Translations under genes and position numbers: made by a program
Origin: an uncultured Lachnospiraceae bacterium
GTDB taxonomy: Bacteria > Bacillota > Clostridia > Lachnospirales > Lachnospiraceae
Reading direction: 5' to 3'
Length of the DNA: 59,515 nucleotides
Assembly: GCA_946538525.1 (NCBI GenBank)
Contig: CAMNGU010000001.1
Coordinates: 1 to 59,515, forward strand
Notes under the pieces: generated by a model
What the model was told of the DNA's origin: nothing
Database searches by the model: none
The model's input: only the letters and a program-made list of their open reading frames with translations
Shown here: one piece after another, positions 48,342 to 58,113 of the stretch
Layout of the letters: each line of letters starts with the position of its first letter
Numbering within the stretch: the stretch's first letter is position 1

Positions 48342-49708
48342 AACAGAAGATTATAGATAATTGGGATACTATAATGAAACTGCTTGAGACAAATTATGAT
48401 ATGAGCAGGGTTATAGTTGAAACATGGATTAAAACATTAACAGTGGATAGAGTAGAAGGAAACACTGTATACATGTATGTCCAGCCTTCCAGAGGACAGC
48501 ATGGTGTTGATTATATAAAATCAAAGGGATATGATTTTTTCCTGATTTCAGCCATTATGGAAGTGCTTGGCACAACTGAACTGGAAATAGAAATATCTGA
48601 GAAGGGTAGCAATAGTAATGCTGGAGCTGCTGTACAAGGAGCTTTTCTAGATACGAATTACTATTCAAGAATGGTTCAGGAATTGGGCCTTAAGACTGAA
48701 TACACCTTTGAAAATTTTGTGGTGGGTGATTCGAATAAGATGGCATATGTTACATGTACTGCAGTGGCAGATCTGCCAGGACAGTCTCATCTTAATCCAC
48801 TATTTTTATATGGAGAGTCTGGAGTAGGTAAGACTCATCTTATCCAGTCAGTTGCTCATTATATCCTGCAGCATAGCCCACAGACTAAGGTGCTCTATGT
48901 TCCAGCAGAAGTTTTTGTAAATGACATCGTTACTTCTATTGCTCAGAGAACAACTGAAACAGTGAAAGAGAAATATAGAACAGTTGATGTTCTTATCATA
49001 GACGATATTCAGGAAATCATAGGTAAAGAGGCAACTCAGACTGAGTTCTTCAATACTTTTAATGTTCTTCATTCTGCTGGAAAGCAGATTATCCTTTCAT
49101 CGGATAAACCACCTTCAGAAATGAAAACATTGGAAGACAGACTGCGTTCAAGATTTGAATGGGGTGTGCCTATTGATATTCATGAGCCGGATTATGAGAC
49201 TCGAATGGCAATCCTGAAGAACAAGGCTGAAAAGAAAAAACTAAATGATATTCCTGATGATGTATTTGTTTATATTGCAGAAAATATTGTTACTAATGTT
49301 AGGGAGCTGGAAAGTGCATTGAATACTCTCTATGTATATAAAAGTCTTGATAATAAAGAAGTTACTCTTGAACTGGCACAGACGATTTTGAGAGATCTTA
49401 TGTCTAAAGATGCTAAGCAGGAGATTACTCCTGATGTAATCATGTCTGTAGTTGGAGAACATTTGGGTGTATCTGTAGATGATATTAAATCTAAGAAGAG
49501 AACTCAGAGTATAGCACAGGCAAGACAGATTTCTATGTATCTATGTCGTGCACTTACAGATAAAGGACTTAAAGATATCGGTGAAGCGCTGGGGGGAAAA
49601 GACCACAGTACGGTTATCAATGGTATCAAGAGGGTTGAGGAAAAGATGAAGGTGGATGCCGAATTTGATGCTCAGCTGGATATCATTAAGAAGAAGATTG
49701 GTGTTTAA
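48338..49708 (+). CDS. dnaA: DnaA-family replication initiator (full length, non-canonical context)
   Basis: YTFENFVVG.SN, NPLFLYGESGVGKTHL, LIIDDIQ, RLRSRFEWG, NVRELE, RQISMYL, GGKDHSTV. Confidence 0.93.
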   Translation: MKQKIIDNWDTIMKLLETNYDMSRVIVETWIKTLTVDRVEGNTVYMYVQPSRGQHGVDYIKSKGYDFFLISAIMEVLGTTELEIEISEKGSNSNAGAAVQGAFLDTNYYSRMVQELGLKTEYTFENFVVGDSNKMAYVTCTAVADLPGQSHLNPLFLYGESGVGKTHLIQSVAHYILQHSPQTKVLYVPAEVFVNDIVTSIAQRTTETVKEKYRTVDVLIIDDIQEIIGKEATQTEFFNTFNVLHSAGKQIILSSDKPPSEMKTLEDRLRSRFEWGVPIDIHEPDYETRMAILKNKAEKKKLNDIPDDVFVYIAENIVTNVRELESALNTLYVYKSLDNKEVTLELAQTILRDLMSKDAKQEITPDVIMSVVGEHLGVSVDDIKSKKRTQSIAQARQISMYLCRALTDKGLKDIGEALGGKDHSTVINGIKRVEEKMKVDAEFDAQLDIIKKKIGV

Positions 49709-49852
49709 TTCATTATACCGATAAATTAGTTCATGAATATGACAGAATAAATCATCTAAATGATATAAAAGGCAGTACCAATAATTGTATATTTAAGTTA
49801 ATAAGTAGTGTTCAATTATTTAGTAACATTAATAGTATACAAGGAGGGGTAT

Positions 49853-51385
49853 ATGAGAAAGAGATTTAGAAGATCTGCAGCAGCATTCTTAGCTGCGGCA
49901 ATGCTAATGTCTAGTCTTACAGCTTGTGGGAAAACTGATGCTGATAATTCCGTCGAGGATCAGTCAGCAACTGTTCAAAGTGAAGCGGATTCGGAAGCAG
50001 ATTCAGAAGCAGATTCAGAAGAAAATGAAAAGGTCGCTAGTGAAACAGCTTCTGATGGAACAGCGGAAGTAGTCGATACAAGTGGAACAGATGTATCTGA
50101 AGATGAGATTGAAATACCAGAAGGTTTTCATCTTGTATGGCATGATGAGTTTAATGGAACAGTACTAAATGAGGATGACTGGAATCGTGAGAAACATCAG
50201 GTTGGATGGGTTAATCATGAGCTTCAGGAGTATATTCCAACGGATGAATACTCATTTGTTAAAGATGGAAATCTTGTTATTCAGCCTGTGAAGACTGTGG
50301 ATGAGGACGGAAATATATCCTATGCTTCTGGGCGAGTAAATACACAGAATAAGCATGATGTAAAGTATGGTAGATTTGAAGCCCGTATTAAGTTCCCTCA
50401 GGGAAAAGGATATCTTCCAGCGTTTTGGATGATGCCACAGGACGAGGATTTATATGGACAGTGGCCAAAGTGCGGAGAGATAGATATCGCTGAGGTGCTC
50501 GGTGACAGCACAAATACAAACTATGGAACAGTTCATTATGGTGAGCCACATAACCAGAATCAAGGAACATATACTCTGGCAAGTGGGGATTTCGCAAATG
50601 AGTTTCATGTATTTGCTGTTGATTATGAACCGGGTGTGATTAAATGGTATGTTGACGGTGAGCAGTATTATGAGACCAGCGATTGGTTCTCAAAATGGCC
50701 AGGTTCAAAGGAAAAACCATATCCTGCTCCATTTGACCAGCCATTCCATGTGATACTTAATGTGGCTGTTGGTGGAGATTGGCCAGGTGATCCTGACGAA
50801 ACAACTCCTTTCGATGAGAAAGGAGCTATGTATGTGGATTATGTTCGTATCTATCAGAAAGAAAGCTACGATGAAAATGTGGAGAAGCCGGTTAAGGTGC
50901 TTGAGATGAGGGAAGCAGATGAAACTGGTAACTTCATTCATAATTCTGACTTTTCTGATCCTGAGGATTTGACAGATGATGTAGACTGGAAATTCCTTGA
51001 GTTAAATGGTGGTAAGGGATCAGCAGAGATTAAGGATAATGAGATCATAATTACTACAGAAGATTTCGGTACAGAGGAATATTCAATACAGCTTGTACAG
51101 CCTGAGATGCCAATGGAAGAAGGCTGTAAATACAAGTTATCATTTGAAGCTTATGCTGAAGAGGATAGAAAGATGAAGACTGCAGTTACTGCACCTACAG
51201 CTAACTGGATCAGATATTTCCCGGATACATCTGTGAATCTTACATCTGATTGGCAGACATTCGAGTTCGAATTTGATATGAAGGAAGAAAGTGATGATAA
51301 GGGTCGTGTAGAGTTCAACATGGGTAGTCAGGACTCAGCAGCCACTATTCATATTAGAAATGTACGACTTGAGAAGGTTCAGTGA
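49853..51385 (+). CDS. Lipoprotein GH16 beta-1,3(4)-glucanase with C-terminal CBM4
   Basis: Lipobox LTAC, acidic linker, WHDEF, PAFWM, GEIDIAE catalytic motif, CBM4/9-type C-terminus; AAGGAGGGG SD. Confidence 0.9.
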   Translation: MRKRFRRSAAAFLAAAMLMSSLTACGKTDADNSVEDQSATVQSEADSEADSEADSEENEKVASETASDGTAEVVDTSGTDVSEDEIEIPEGFHLVWHDEFNGTVLNEDDWNREKHQVGWVNHELQEYIPTDEYSFVKDGNLVIQPVKTVDEDGNISYASGRVNTQNKHDVKYGRFEARIKFPQGKGYLPAFWMMPQDEDLYGQWPKCGEIDIAEVLGDSTNTNYGTVHYGEPHNQNQGTYTLASGDFANEFHVFAVDYEPGVIKWYVDGEQYYETSDWFSKWPGSKEKPYPAPFDQPFHVILNVAVGGDWPGDPDETTPFDEKGAMYVDYVRIYQKESYDENVEKPVKVLEMREADETGNFIHNSDFSDPEDLTDDVDWKFLELNGGKGSAEIKDNEIIITTEDFGTEEYSIQLVQPEMPMEEGCKYKLSFEAYAEEDRKMKTAVTAPTANWIRYFPDTSVNLTSDWQTFEFEFDMKEESDDKGRVEFNMGSQDSAATIHIRNVRLEKVQ

Positions 51386-51500
51386 TTTATCCTGAGCGTA
51401 GCAAAGCCTCTAAAATAGATTAAATAAGAAAATAAACTAAATAAAAAGCTAAATAAATAAGAAATCAAAGTACCTATAGAAAGATAAAACGGGGTAATAT

Positions 51501-52529
51501 ATGAAGGCATTTAAAGGTTACATGCATGGAATCAATCTGGGAGGATGGCTCTCTCAGTGTGATCATACAAAAGAAAGATATGATACATTTATTGTAGAAG
51601 ATGATATAAAGGCTATCAGTGAATGGGGATTGGATCATATTAGAGTTCCTATTGACTATGAACTGGTTGAGGATAAAGAAGGAAACTATCTTGAGGAAGG
51701 CTTTGAATATATTCAGAAAGCTATAGACTGGGCTGGAAAATATGGACTGAATATGGTGCTGGATCTTCATAAGACCTTTGGTTTCAGTTTCGACGAAGGC
51801 TATGCCGAGACAGGATTTTTTGAAAATGAATCATATCAGGAAAGATTTTATAAGCTGTGGGAACAGCTTTCTAGCAGATATGGTAAGTATTCAGACCGGC
51901 TTTGTTTTGAAATTTTAAATGAGGTTACTGACAAGGAATACTGTGAGAGATGGAATAGGATTTCCACTGAATGTATTAAGAGAATCAGGGTAAATGCTCC
52001 TGATACCAAGATACTTCTTGGTGGTTATTATAATAACAGTATTGAAGCGCTGAAAGATTTAGAACTTCCAGTAGATGAAAATGTGGTATACAATTTCCAT
52101 TGTTATGAGCCACTTATCTTTACACATCAAGGTGGTTACTGGGTTCCAGGGATGAATGTGGATTTTAGAATGCCATTTGAATCTACATATAAGCAATATG
52201 AAGAATATACAGATAAAAATCTGGATAGATATGCAGAGGATTTTTCATCCTATGCTCCGGATAAGGTGTTAGGTGTAGAGTACTTTGAAAATCTGGTAAA
52301 AGAAGCTGTTCGTGTGGCAGATGAAAGAAATGTTGAACTGTATTGTGGTGAATATGGAGTAATCAATCTAGCAACAGCAGATGATAGTCTTAAGTGGTTC
52401 AAGATGATCTGTTCAGTATTTGATAAGTATGGTATTGGAAGAGCAGCGTGGAGCTATAAGGAAATGGATTTTGGGTTTATTGACGAGCATATGAAAGATG
52501 TTCTTGATGAATTAATAAAGACCATATAG
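51501..52529 (+). CDS. celC: Intracellular GH5 endoglucanase (CelC-like)
   Basis: GINLGGWLSQ, DHIRVP, LDLH, EILNE, FHCYEP..FTHQ, YCGEYG. Confidence 0.85.
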   Translation: MKAFKGYMHGINLGGWLSQCDHTKERYDTFIVEDDIKAISEWGLDHIRVPIDYELVEDKEGNYLEEGFEYIQKAIDWAGKYGLNMVLDLHKTFGFSFDEGYAETGFFENESYQERFYKLWEQLSSRYGKYSDRLCFEILNEVTDKEYCERWNRISTECIKRIRVNAPDTKILLGGYYNNSIEALKDLELPVDENVVYNFHCYEPLIFTHQGGYWVPGMNVDFRMPFESTYKQYEEYTDKNLDRYAEDFSSYAPDKVLGVEYFENLVKEAVRVADERNVELYCGEYGVINLATADDSLKWFKMICSVFDKYGIGRAAWSYKEMDFGFIDEHMKDVLDELIKTI

Positions 52530-52603
52530 ATATTATAAAATGATATAATATAGAAATTATTATATTGAGTTAATAAATTGAGTTTTATAGAAGCATCTAC
52601 TTA

Positions 52604-52647
52604 GAAGCATCTACTTAGTTAGATTTACTTAAGTGGGTGCTTCTTTT
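52604..52647 (+). terminator. Rho-independent terminator (5' arm duplicated as a 14-bp tandem repeat)
   Basis: GAAGCATCTACTTAG...TTAAGTGGGTGCTTCTTTT; TAGAAGCATCTACT occurs at 52588 and 52602. Confidence 0.7.
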
Positions 52648-52758
52648 AAGGTTATGTTAAGATTTAAAGATTTTTATGGTAAGAAACGGCTGATATTATA
52701 GACACATAAAACAAAGAGGGTTTTTGAAAGGTTGAAGGGTTAAAAGGTTGAAAGGAGA

Positions 52759-53625
52759 ATGGATATGTGGAGTAGAAAGGAATTAAAAGAAAAAGCTTAC
52801 GCAGCTTTCAAAGTTAATTATTGGAAGAGCGTATTGGTAGCATTGATACTAACTATGATTGCTGGAGGGGCAGGAGGATTTTCTGTACCAAATAATTCGA
52901 ATTATTTTGATCATTCGATTACTGATACTACTGATATGACAGATGAAGAAGTACAGGAATTAGAAGATGAAGGCGCAGTTACAATTGAAGATGGTGAAAA
53001 AAAATATACGGTAACATCTGAGGGGATTGAAATGTCTGATTTAGATGATACAGAAAAAGAAGCTGTTGTAGCAGCAACAATTATAGCAGCAATCGTAGTA
53101 CTTGTTATAGTATTAATAGCGTTCGCATTTGCTATTGTAATCGATGTATTTATCTTAAATCCTATTGAAATGGGATGCTCAAAATTCTTTGTTAAAAATG
53201 CAGAAGAACCTGCAGATGTTAGAAATGTATTATTTGCATTTGATCATAGTTATAAGAATATCGCTAAGACATTGTTCTTTAGAGATTTATATATAGTTCT
53301 TTGGTCATTACTTTTCGTAATACCTGGTATTGTTAAGAGTTACGAATATAGAATGATTCCATACATTCTTGCAGATAATCCGGATATTAGTCAGGAAGCA
53401 GCATTTGAACTTAGTAAAAAGATGATGAATGGAAATAAGTGGAAGGCATTTGTACTTGATCTTTCATTCATTGGATGGCACATTCTTGCAGCACTTACAT
53501 GTGGAATACTTTCAATATTCTTTGTAAATCCATATGTATCTGCAACAAACGCAGAACTTTATATTGCACTTAAGAATACAGTTGATGGTGAAATCACAGA
53601 TAGCCGTGCAGTAGAGAGTGTATAA
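52759..53625 (+). CDS. DUF975 family membrane protein
   Basis: R.ELK..A, WSLLFVIPGIVKSYEY...PYIL, S..MM.G.K...F.LDLSFIGW. Confidence 0.88.
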   Translation: MDMWSRKELKEKAYAAFKVNYWKSVLVALILTMIAGGAGGFSVPNNSNYFDHSITDTTDMTDEEVQELEDEGAVTIEDGEKKYTVTSEGIEMSDLDDTEKEAVVAATIIAAIVVLVIVLIAFAFAIVIDVFILNPIEMGCSKFFVKNAEEPADVRNVLFAFDHSYKNIAKTLFFRDLYIVLWSLLFVIPGIVKSYEYRMIPYILADNPDISQEAAFELSKKMMNGNKWKAFVLDLSFIGWHILAALTCGILSIFFVNPYVSATNAELYIALKNTVDGEITDSRAVESV

Positions 53626-53653
53626 AAAATAAAATATAATTAATACATAACAT

Positions 53654-53690
53654 AGTCAGCAAGCTTTGAAGTATAGAGCTTGCTGATTTT
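53654..53690 (+). terminator. Rho-independent terminator
   Basis: AGTCAGCAAGCTTT-GAAGTAT-AGAGCTTGCTGATTTT. Confidence 0.8.
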
Positions 53691-53825
53691 ATGAGAGTTG
53701 ACTTTTGGGTCATTTTGAAAGACAATATTGATTTGTAATACTGAACTGATCGTAAGATTTTGAAAAGTGAATCTACTGATCGTCCAGAGGATTAAAGATA
53801 GAAAATTAAAAGACAGGGGATAAAA

Positions 53826-54509
53826 ATGGGATATAAAATACTAATAGCAGACGATGAAGCAGAAATCAGATCTTTACTTAAGCTATATTTGGAAAATGAT
53901 GGATTTACAGTAATTGAAGCGAAGGATGGTGCAGATGCATTAATAAAAGCTAAAGAGCAGTCTCCAGATCTTTGCGTTTTAGATATTATGATGCCGGAGA
54001 TGGACGGATATCAGGTGCTGAGAAAACTTAGAGAGGTAAGCAATATTCCTGTTATCATTCTTTCAGCGAAAGATGCAGATTCTGAAAAAATTTTGGGACT
54101 TAATCTAGGCGCAGATGATTATATATCTAAGCCATTTAATCCACTTGAAGCAGTTGCAAGAATTAATTCTAATTTAAGAAGATTTTATAGTCTTGGAGCA
54201 ACTGAGGTGAAAACTGAGGTTATAAAGGTCAGGGATCTGGAATTAAATCCTGAAGCTTGTACATTAAAGAAGAATGGTGAGTCCATAGAACTCACTTCGG
54301 TAGAATATAAAATTATGGAGCTTTTTATGACTCATCCTGGAAGAGTATTTACAAAGCAGCAGATTTATGAAACCGGCTGGGGAGATGAATACTTTATTGC
54401 AGATAATAATATTATGGTATGTATCAGTAAACTTCGAGCTAAGCTTTCTGATGATCCATCTGCATATATTAAGACTATGCGAGGACTTGGTTACAGACTT
54501 GAAGGTTAG
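53826..54509 (+). CDS. OmpR-family response regulator
   Basis: ILIADDE, LDIMMP, GADDYISKPF, winged helix, RGLGY. Confidence 0.93.
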   Translation: MGYKILIADDEAEIRSLLKLYLENDGFTVIEAKDGADALIKAKEQSPDLCVLDIMMPEMDGYQVLRKLREVSNIPVIILSAKDADSEKILGLNLGADDYISKPFNPLEAVARINSNLRRFYSLGATEVKTEVIKVRDLELNPEACTLKKNGESIELTSVEYKIMELFMTHPGRVFTKQQIYETGWGDEYFIADNNIMVCISKLRAKLSDDPSAYIKTMRGLGYRLEG

Positions 54510-54535
54510 GTGGCAGAATACCAGGGGAGAATAAT

Positions 54536-55738
54536 TTGGAAAAATTAAATAATCTAAAATCGTATATTATAAAAAGGTTTATTGCTATTATAATCCTCTT
54601 AAGTATTGTGGAGTATGTGAATATGTCGTTTATCAGGCATACTCTTTTAAAACTGTTAGTGGATTTATATTTTAAAGGGCAAAGTGCCGATGAAGTTACC
54701 TCGTATGGTGTTATGGCAGGAACAATATTTATCTTAATTCTTATTGTTCTTGAGATACTTACATTATTGTTGCCGAGGCAAATACAGCCATTTATAGAAA
54801 AGGTAATCATAAATATAAGAACATATGTTGCTAAACTGCTTATGCATTCTGGTGGAAAGGTTTCTTTGGAAAATGTTACTTTTAAACAGGAGTTGTTACT
54901 ATTTCTGCTTCTCATTTCTATTGTGTTTTTAATACTTATTCCATTGGTGGTAGCAGCATTATACTTTTCGGCTCTAGTATTAAAACAGTTTAAAGCTATT
55001 GAAGAAGAGGAGCACAGAAAACAAAAGGAATTTGACAAGAGAAGAAATCTGATGCTTTCGGATATAGCCCACGATCTTAGAACACCAATAACTACTGTGT
55101 CGGGTTATGCAATGGCTTTATCTGATGGAATGGTTGAAGAAGAGAAGAAGCAGGAATATTTAGATGCCATTCAGGCTAAGTCTAAGAGAATGAGTGATCT
55201 TATCTCTCTTTTATTCGACTATGTTAAGCTTGATAGTGATGGCTTTACTCTAAATAAAGGACAGCATGATGTATGTGAGCTGGTAAGAGAGTGTGCAGCA
55301 TTTCAGTATCAGGATATTGAAGATGCAAATATGACTCTTGAGGTAGATATTCCAGAAGAACAATACATGATGAATTTGGATAAGCTGCAGTTTTCTCGTG
55401 TGGTAACTAATCTATTAACGAATGCAGTTAGACATAATAGTCCAGGAACTGATATAGGATTATTTGTTGATGTTGATGAAGACGAAATAATCAGGATAAT
55501 GGTAGCAGATAATGGTGAATTAATTCCTGAGGAACAGGTTCAGCAGATATTTGATCCATTTGTAATGGGAGATGAATCCAGAAATTCTAAGGGTGGTACT
55601 GGTCTTGGCCTTTCTATTTCCAAGAAGATAGTAGAAATGCATGGATATAAAATAAAACTGGTACAGCAGCCAGATGTGAGTAGAATCTCACAAGTGGAGC
55701 AGTACCAGAAAGCATTTATAATTACTATGAGAAGATAG
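54536..55738 (+). CDS. Intramembrane-sensing histidine kinase
   Basis: Three TMs without a large loop; AHDLRTP, NAVRH, GTGLGL. Confidence 0.9.
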   Translation: MEKLNNLKSYIIKRFIAIIILLSIVEYVNMSFIRHTLLKLLVDLYFKGQSADEVTSYGVMAGTIFILILIVLEILTLLLPRQIQPFIEKVIINIRTYVAKLLMHSGGKVSLENVTFKQELLLFLLLISIVFLILIPLVVAALYFSALVLKQFKAIEEEEHRKQKEFDKRRNLMLSDIAHDLRTPITTVSGYAMALSDGMVEEEKKQEYLDAIQAKSKRMSDLISLLFDYVKLDSDGFTLNKGQHDVCELVRECAAFQYQDIEDANMTLEVDIPEEQYMMNLDKLQFSRVVTNLLTNAVRHNSPGTDIGLFVDVDEDEIIRIMVADNGELIPEEQVQQIFDPFVMGDESRNSKGGTGLGLSISKKIVEMHGYKIKLVQQPDVSRISQVEQYQKAFIITMRR

Positions 55739-55748
55739 ATTTTTAGAA

Positions 55749-56417
55749 TTAAAAATTCTCAGGGTTCAACTCTGTATAGTTACTGATTGAAGCATAGACT
55801 CCGGGCCTCGTAATGAGTCCGGAGTTTTTTGAATCTCCGGTAACGGCTATGATATGTTCTATTCCAGCGCTATAAGCAGATTTAACTCCAGCTTCGCTAT
55901 CTTCAAAAGCCACAATCTTGTCTGCAGGGAAACCTAGTCTTTCAATTGCTGCAAGGTAGAGATCTGGATGAGGCTTAAGGGGGATGTTACCAACTCCAAT
56001 TACCACATCCTCCCAGCGGAACCATCTGTCCAACCCAAATCTTTCAAAATATAGATTCATGTTTTCAAGATTGGCTGTACTTGCGATAGTGCGTTTAACC
56101 TGAGCGAGAAGAAGATAGTTGAGAAAACTCTCTAGTCCAGGTGCAAGCTGCAGATCATCCTTAACTATAAGATTTCTATATATTCTTTCTTTTTCATCCG
56201 TGAACTGATTGATCATATTATCGGTTAATTCATAACCAAGGAAATGTTCCAATATCTCTTTGGCTGTTTTACCAACAATGTATTCTTTAACATCCTGATC
56301 TGATACAGGCTGCATTGCCAGTTCCTCTATATATATTTTCCATGCCTTGTCATGATACTTTCCATCAAATAGACAAGTTCCGTTAAAGTCGAAGATTATT
56401 CCAATATCTTTATTCAT
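55749..56417 (-). CDS. HAD-superfamily hydrolase (beta-PGM/CbbY-like), DxN motif-I variant
   Basis: IIFDFNGT, IAS, KPHPD, FEDS..G..SA..AG. Confidence 0.85.
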   Translation of the reverse strand: MNKDIGIIFDFNGTCLFDGKYHDKAWKIYIEELAMQPVSDQDVKEYIVGKTAKEILEHFLGYELTDNMINQFTDEKERIYRNLIVKDDLQLAPGLESFLNYLLLAQVKRTIASTANLENMNLYFERFGLDRWFRWEDVVIGVGNIPLKPHPDLYLAAIERLGFPADKIVAFEDSEAGVKSAYSAGIEHIIAVTGDSKNSGLITRPGVYASISNYTELNPENF

Positions 56418-56533
56418 AGTATCCTGAATTATAATTAATTAAATATTTTAATTAACTTATATTTTTGTTATTTTATTTTTTTCTTACTTATATTCTATTT
56501 TATCTTTTTTCTAACTTTTTTCTAACTTTTGTC

Positions 56534-57895
56534 TTACTTCATTAAAGACTTTATATAGTGCTTATTATCATACATATTTGCATCAGCACGATTGAACACC
56601 TGAGTAGTGGATTCTTTTTTTGCTGAATTGTATGCGGCAACACCGCCAGCCAGAGTTACGAGATCGTTCTCCAGATTTTCCATTATCTCAGTTTGAAGTT
56701 CATTCATAAGACTGTCTCTTATGGCATAATCATGTCCTTTTAAAATGATAGCGAACTCATCTCCACCAATTCGGTAAACTGGACTGTGCTTGAATATACG
56801 ACATATCATACGACATGCAGCTCTAATATATTCGTCACCAGCATTATGGCCCAGAGTATCATTTATCATCTTTAGATTATTAACATCAAAGACACCTATA
56901 GCATATTCAGAAACAGTATGTGCTTCGATATCATCTTTTAGTTTATTGATATCATTTGCATAAGCATGTTTACTCTTAACACCAGTAAGTTCATCTCGAT
57001 TTGCCTGTTCCATGGCAGAGCCCAAAGCAGCTTTTAAATCTTTCTCTGCACGGAAGGATTCGTCTATATTACTTACTCCAACAACCAGGTGTTTGCTGTC
57101 GGTGGTCTTAACAGCTCTTAGATTTACATATTCTATAGAGTCCTCTAGTTTTAGTCTATAGGTGATTGAGAAGACTCCAGAATGATCCAGTCTGTTAAGG
57201 ATTCTTGATTTTCTCATGGCTTCAGTCATCATTGGCAGATCTTCTTCGTAGATGCTCTTCTTCATATTTTTCTGAGTATCATCAAAGAAATCATCTCCAT
57301 GATTTCCCATCTTAAGCTGAGTATATTTCTCACTAGAGCTATATTCATAGTATTCATCAGTTTCAATGTCAATGTAGTAGATGACTTCATATCTGCTTGC
57401 GAGAGCAGTAGCGATACGATTATATGTGTCGCTATTTGCAATCAGTGTATTTTGATATCTCATCTGCTTATCAACATTTCTTACCCCGATTATAATATGG
57501 TCGTCATCATCTATACTTCGAATGGTTTTTAGGTGGTAATAAACAGGTTCGCCATTTTCCACCAGACGGTAGTTCAAAGTGAAACTATCACCATGCTCTA
57601 GAGCGGCGATAAGATTTTCTTTTTTGAATGACGCCAGGAAGTTTTCCTGGTCATCTATATATACCATTCTTCGACAATTATAGATTGTATCTTCAAAGAA
57701 ATCATTTCCACTTGAAACAATTGTCAGAGTTTTTTCTTCCTTTGAGAGTCCATATTCTATATAGCTATTATCTAAAATATTTAGGTAGTAAACGCTGATG
57801 TAGTCATTAGTGAGAGACATAGCTAAGTGCAGAAATTTATTATCCAATTTTATATCTTTTATTTCGTTTTCTTGAAAGTTTTTTTCTTCTGTCAT
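56534..57895 (-). CDS. Cytoplasmic diguanylate cyclase with two PAS-like domains
   Basis: Two related Y.(S/V)(V/I)YY.....Y.EY...G.DFF.D...Y.(D/E)D...YRL repeats; DVNNLK.IND.LGH.AGD, RIGGDEF; GGAGG SD. Confidence 0.88.
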   Translation of the reverse strand: MTEEKNFQENEIKDIKLDNKFLHLAMSLTNDYISVYYLNILDNSYIEYGLSKEEKTLTIVSSGNDFFEDTIYNCRRMVYIDDQENFLASFKKENLIAALEHGDSFTLNYRLVENGEPVYYHLKTIRSIDDDDHIIIGVRNVDKQMRYQNTLIANSDTYNRIATALASRYEVIYYIDIETDEYYEYSSSEKYTQLKMGNHGDDFFDDTQKNMKKSIYEEDLPMMTEAMRKSRILNRLDHSGVFSITYRLKLEDSIEYVNLRAVKTTDSKHLVVGVSNIDESFRAEKDLKAALGSAMEQANRDELTGVKSKHAYANDINKLKDDIEAHTVSEYAIGVFDVNNLKMINDTLGHNAGDEYIRAACRMICRIFKHSPVYRIGGDEFAIILKGHDYAIRDSLMNELQTEIMENLENDLVTLAGGVAAYNSAKKESTTQVFNRADANMYDNKHYIKSLMK

Positions 57896-58113
57896 AGGAA
57901 GTCCTCCATAGGCAGTTCTCCAAATAGTTTTTTCTTTTGTCATAAACGCATATAACATAACAAAAATATGCGAAAAATGTAGAAATATTATAACATAGAA
58001 TTACTTGTGGGTTCAATGAAAGTTTGTTATACTCATTTTTGAAATTAGGCTACCCAATTACTTTTGGGAAAACGGATGGTGTTGAAGCATTATTTGTTAT
58101 TAGGGGTGTTATT

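Noticed and set aside
47988-49852. oriC next to dnaA
   Set aside because: The flanking gaps are short, contain no DnaA-box cluster, and no origin-linked genes are present.
32103-57895. Hypr-type (3',3'-cGAMP-making) GGDEF enzymes
   Set aside because: All intact domains keep the guanine-selecting Asp in GHxxGD rather than Ser/Thr.
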